Below, piece after piece: positions 61,985 through 64,000 of a stretch of DNA of 64,000 bases. This DNA comes from a virus. The stretch lies in the IMG/VR virus record IMGVR_UViG_3300048104_000741, positions 1-64,000 of that record; one strand, 5' to 3'. The position numbers were made by a program, and so were the translations under genes. The notes under the pieces are model-generated. The model had not been told where the DNA came from. It saw only the letters and a program-made list of their open reading frames with translations, and searched no databases. Numbering within the stretch: position 1 is the first letter of the stretch; every line of letters begins with the position of its first letter.

Positions 61985-63901
61985 GAATAGAAGAAAGAAT
62001 GATAGACTATGCCCAAAAGTGGTATAAAGAAAACGACCTAGAGACAGAGAAAAAGAACGGAAACGATCTTTATCTTCGAGTCAATGACAATGTATTTACT
62101 GAAGTCTCACACTGCGACATCAGACAAAAAGCCATTTTATGGTTGCAATCAGAACTAGAAGGAGTTATGTATAATTAAATGAAAGAAGAATTAAATGCAA
62201 TTAAACATTCTATTGACGGACTCAGCGATGAAATGCTAGAACATCGCAGACACGCTAATATGGATGACCTTGTTAAAGTTATGAAAAGCATTAACGAAAA
62301 CCTCTACTCAATCACATTTGCTCTTGAGGATTTGGCTAAAGAGAAAAAGATGCAAAACGAGTTGACAGTCGCACTAAAATAGTTTAGTTTTATATTATGA
62401 AACAATTATTAGTTAAAGTTCCCGTGTCACAATGCATTCAAGAAGTCCTCGACTATATTCAGTATAGCGAAATGGAGGGCGAAGTGGATCCGACAGATTC
62501 GTGGTACACCACATATCAATCACTACAAGAGTTGCAAGAGAAAGTTCTTGATGAAGAAGAAATGTCTTGACACAATTATTCATTTAGTATAGTTTTATAT
62601 TATGGAAGAAACAATAGACATCACACCAAAATGGACAGCAGTCGTTAGAATATTAACTGAAGTGCTGAAAAGCCCAAATGCCGGAAATGCAGATAAGCAA
62701 AATGCCACCAATGAATTGCTAAAACTTGCAAAGATCGTGGACGATCAAAACGAAAGAGCAAAACAATGACACAAGCAAAGATAAGAGAAACCATTCTAGA
62801 CATAGTCAGAGGAGAAATGGCATATGCCGATCCAATGTCCAAAGTATGCCTAGAGCAACATGAACGCCATCCTGAAAAGTTTCCACTTGGTAGCACTTTT
62901 CAGTCCGCAGAAGAAGTTTTAGAAGATATTGTTTTAAGCTTGACCTCATTGCAAAATGAGCTTAGGATAGAATCATCTTTTCAATCAGCACAACTATAAA
63001 CACAAGGAACAACATGACAAAAGCACAGATAGAATCAAGAGTAGAAGGATGGAATTGGAACATGAACATCTTCGAGATATACGATGAACTCAGAGATGGG
63101 CATACAGGAGAAGAGCAAGAGCAACTTTTAACTCATGCATATAATTATTTCAATAACGATGTAATGATTAAAGAGCTTGCGAATCATTTTTGCGTAACTA
63201 TTCATACAGACGAAGACTCACCGATACCTTGCTAAAATGAAGATGACAGAGATAAACATAAGAAACGAAAACATAATCCCTCAAGGTCAACATCTTGCCG
63301 TGATCGAAAGAAGCGATTTCTATAAGGACGACTACGATCAAGCTCTTATTCTTTATGGATGGGATGAGGTTGGGACATTTGAATCAGAGTTTAAAGATCC
63401 GATTTATGTTTTTATTTCTTGACATCATCTAAAAAACCTACATAATTAAAATCATGAACAACTACATAGAAGCAGTATGCGAAGGCAAACCACTTGACCT
63501 TCCTAATTATAACGAAAATTCAGAGCAATGGGAGATTTACTTTGAGGAGTCAGCGACACCTTATCACCCATACGATCAAAGAGATTTACTCGCAGTAAGT
63601 TTCGATTCAGCACAAGAAGCTTGCGACGCTTATAATTTCTACAACACGAGAGGAGAAAGCAAATAACATGAAAAAACTATTATTAAAAATTTATCGTTGG
63701 GTTAATCCTCTATACCAAGTGGTTTATACCACCCAAGACGGAAGAACAGAAATGTACACAATTACAGAACCTCAATATAAAAACGAATTCGGCAACATAA
63801 AAGAAGGTAAAAAAGTTGTGGGTTTTAGAAGCTTTTGTATCAATCGAGATGGCATTCGCTCTTTTCGCTACGATAGAATCACAGCCTTAAATAAAGTTTA
63901 A
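61981..63901 (+). other. Cluster of small early ORFs (61981, 62179, 62397, 62602, 62766, 63014, 63237, 63454, 63668)
   Basis: ORF track plus two short ORFs behind TTGACA-N29-ATG promoters. The last ends IRSFRYDRI, a WYL/SH3-like motif. Confidence 0.6.
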
Positions 63902-64000
63902 TATGAAAAATACTGAAGTTAAAAAAGACGGATTAAAAACCTCCCTAAGAAAGTTTGGGCATATGCTAGCCCATAGAGAAATGAGAGGAGATGTCTCCGA

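Noticed and set aside
1-64000. CRISPR array, integrase, IS transposase, reverse transcriptase or rRNA
   Set aside because: I saw no regularly spaced direct repeats and no diagnostic motifs for any of these.
1-64000. Alternative genetic code (stop-codon reassignment)
   Set aside because: Long conserved genes are intact under the standard code, and TAA, TAG and TGA all end genes at sensible positions.

Overview
AT-rich, densely coding, almost entirely plus-strand segment of a large lytic dsDNA bacteriophage. The host is probably a diderm aquatic bacterium; this is inferred from an outer-membrane barrel, lipoproteins and a ClpC-type ATPase. No virion genes are clearly recognisable. The left part (1-32 kb) holds replication, metabolic and host-takeover genes: a DnaQ-like fragment, a PHP-less DnaE fused to a PD-(D/E)XK-like nuclease, ClpC, a minus-strand nucleotide-sugar/APS-kinase operon, a tmRNA with a 34-aa tag, two sigma factors, thioredoxin, a resolvase, PPase, CysQ, SpeD, an Arg/Leu-tRNA-protein transferase-like protein and RuvB. 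The right part (32-64 kb) is an early-type region of many small ORFs, many with their own sigma70 promoter placed for leaderless translation. It also carries UvsE, a macro-domain protein, MazG-like and SprT-like proteins, rIIA/rIIB, tRNA-Arg(UCU) and at least two structured RNAs that I cannot assign. Best leads: (i) a ~400-nt structured ncRNA with its own promoter and terminator at 60.1-60.5 kb; (ii) a possible phage proteolysis circuit (long-tag tmRNA, ClpC, aminoacyl-transferase, tag-like C-termini); (iii) a GDPH autoproteolytic-type domain apparently split between two divergent genes that a 9-bp inverted repeat would fuse in frame; (iv) a second promoter class, GTGTA-N9-start. All calls come from motif reading by eye; no database searches were run.
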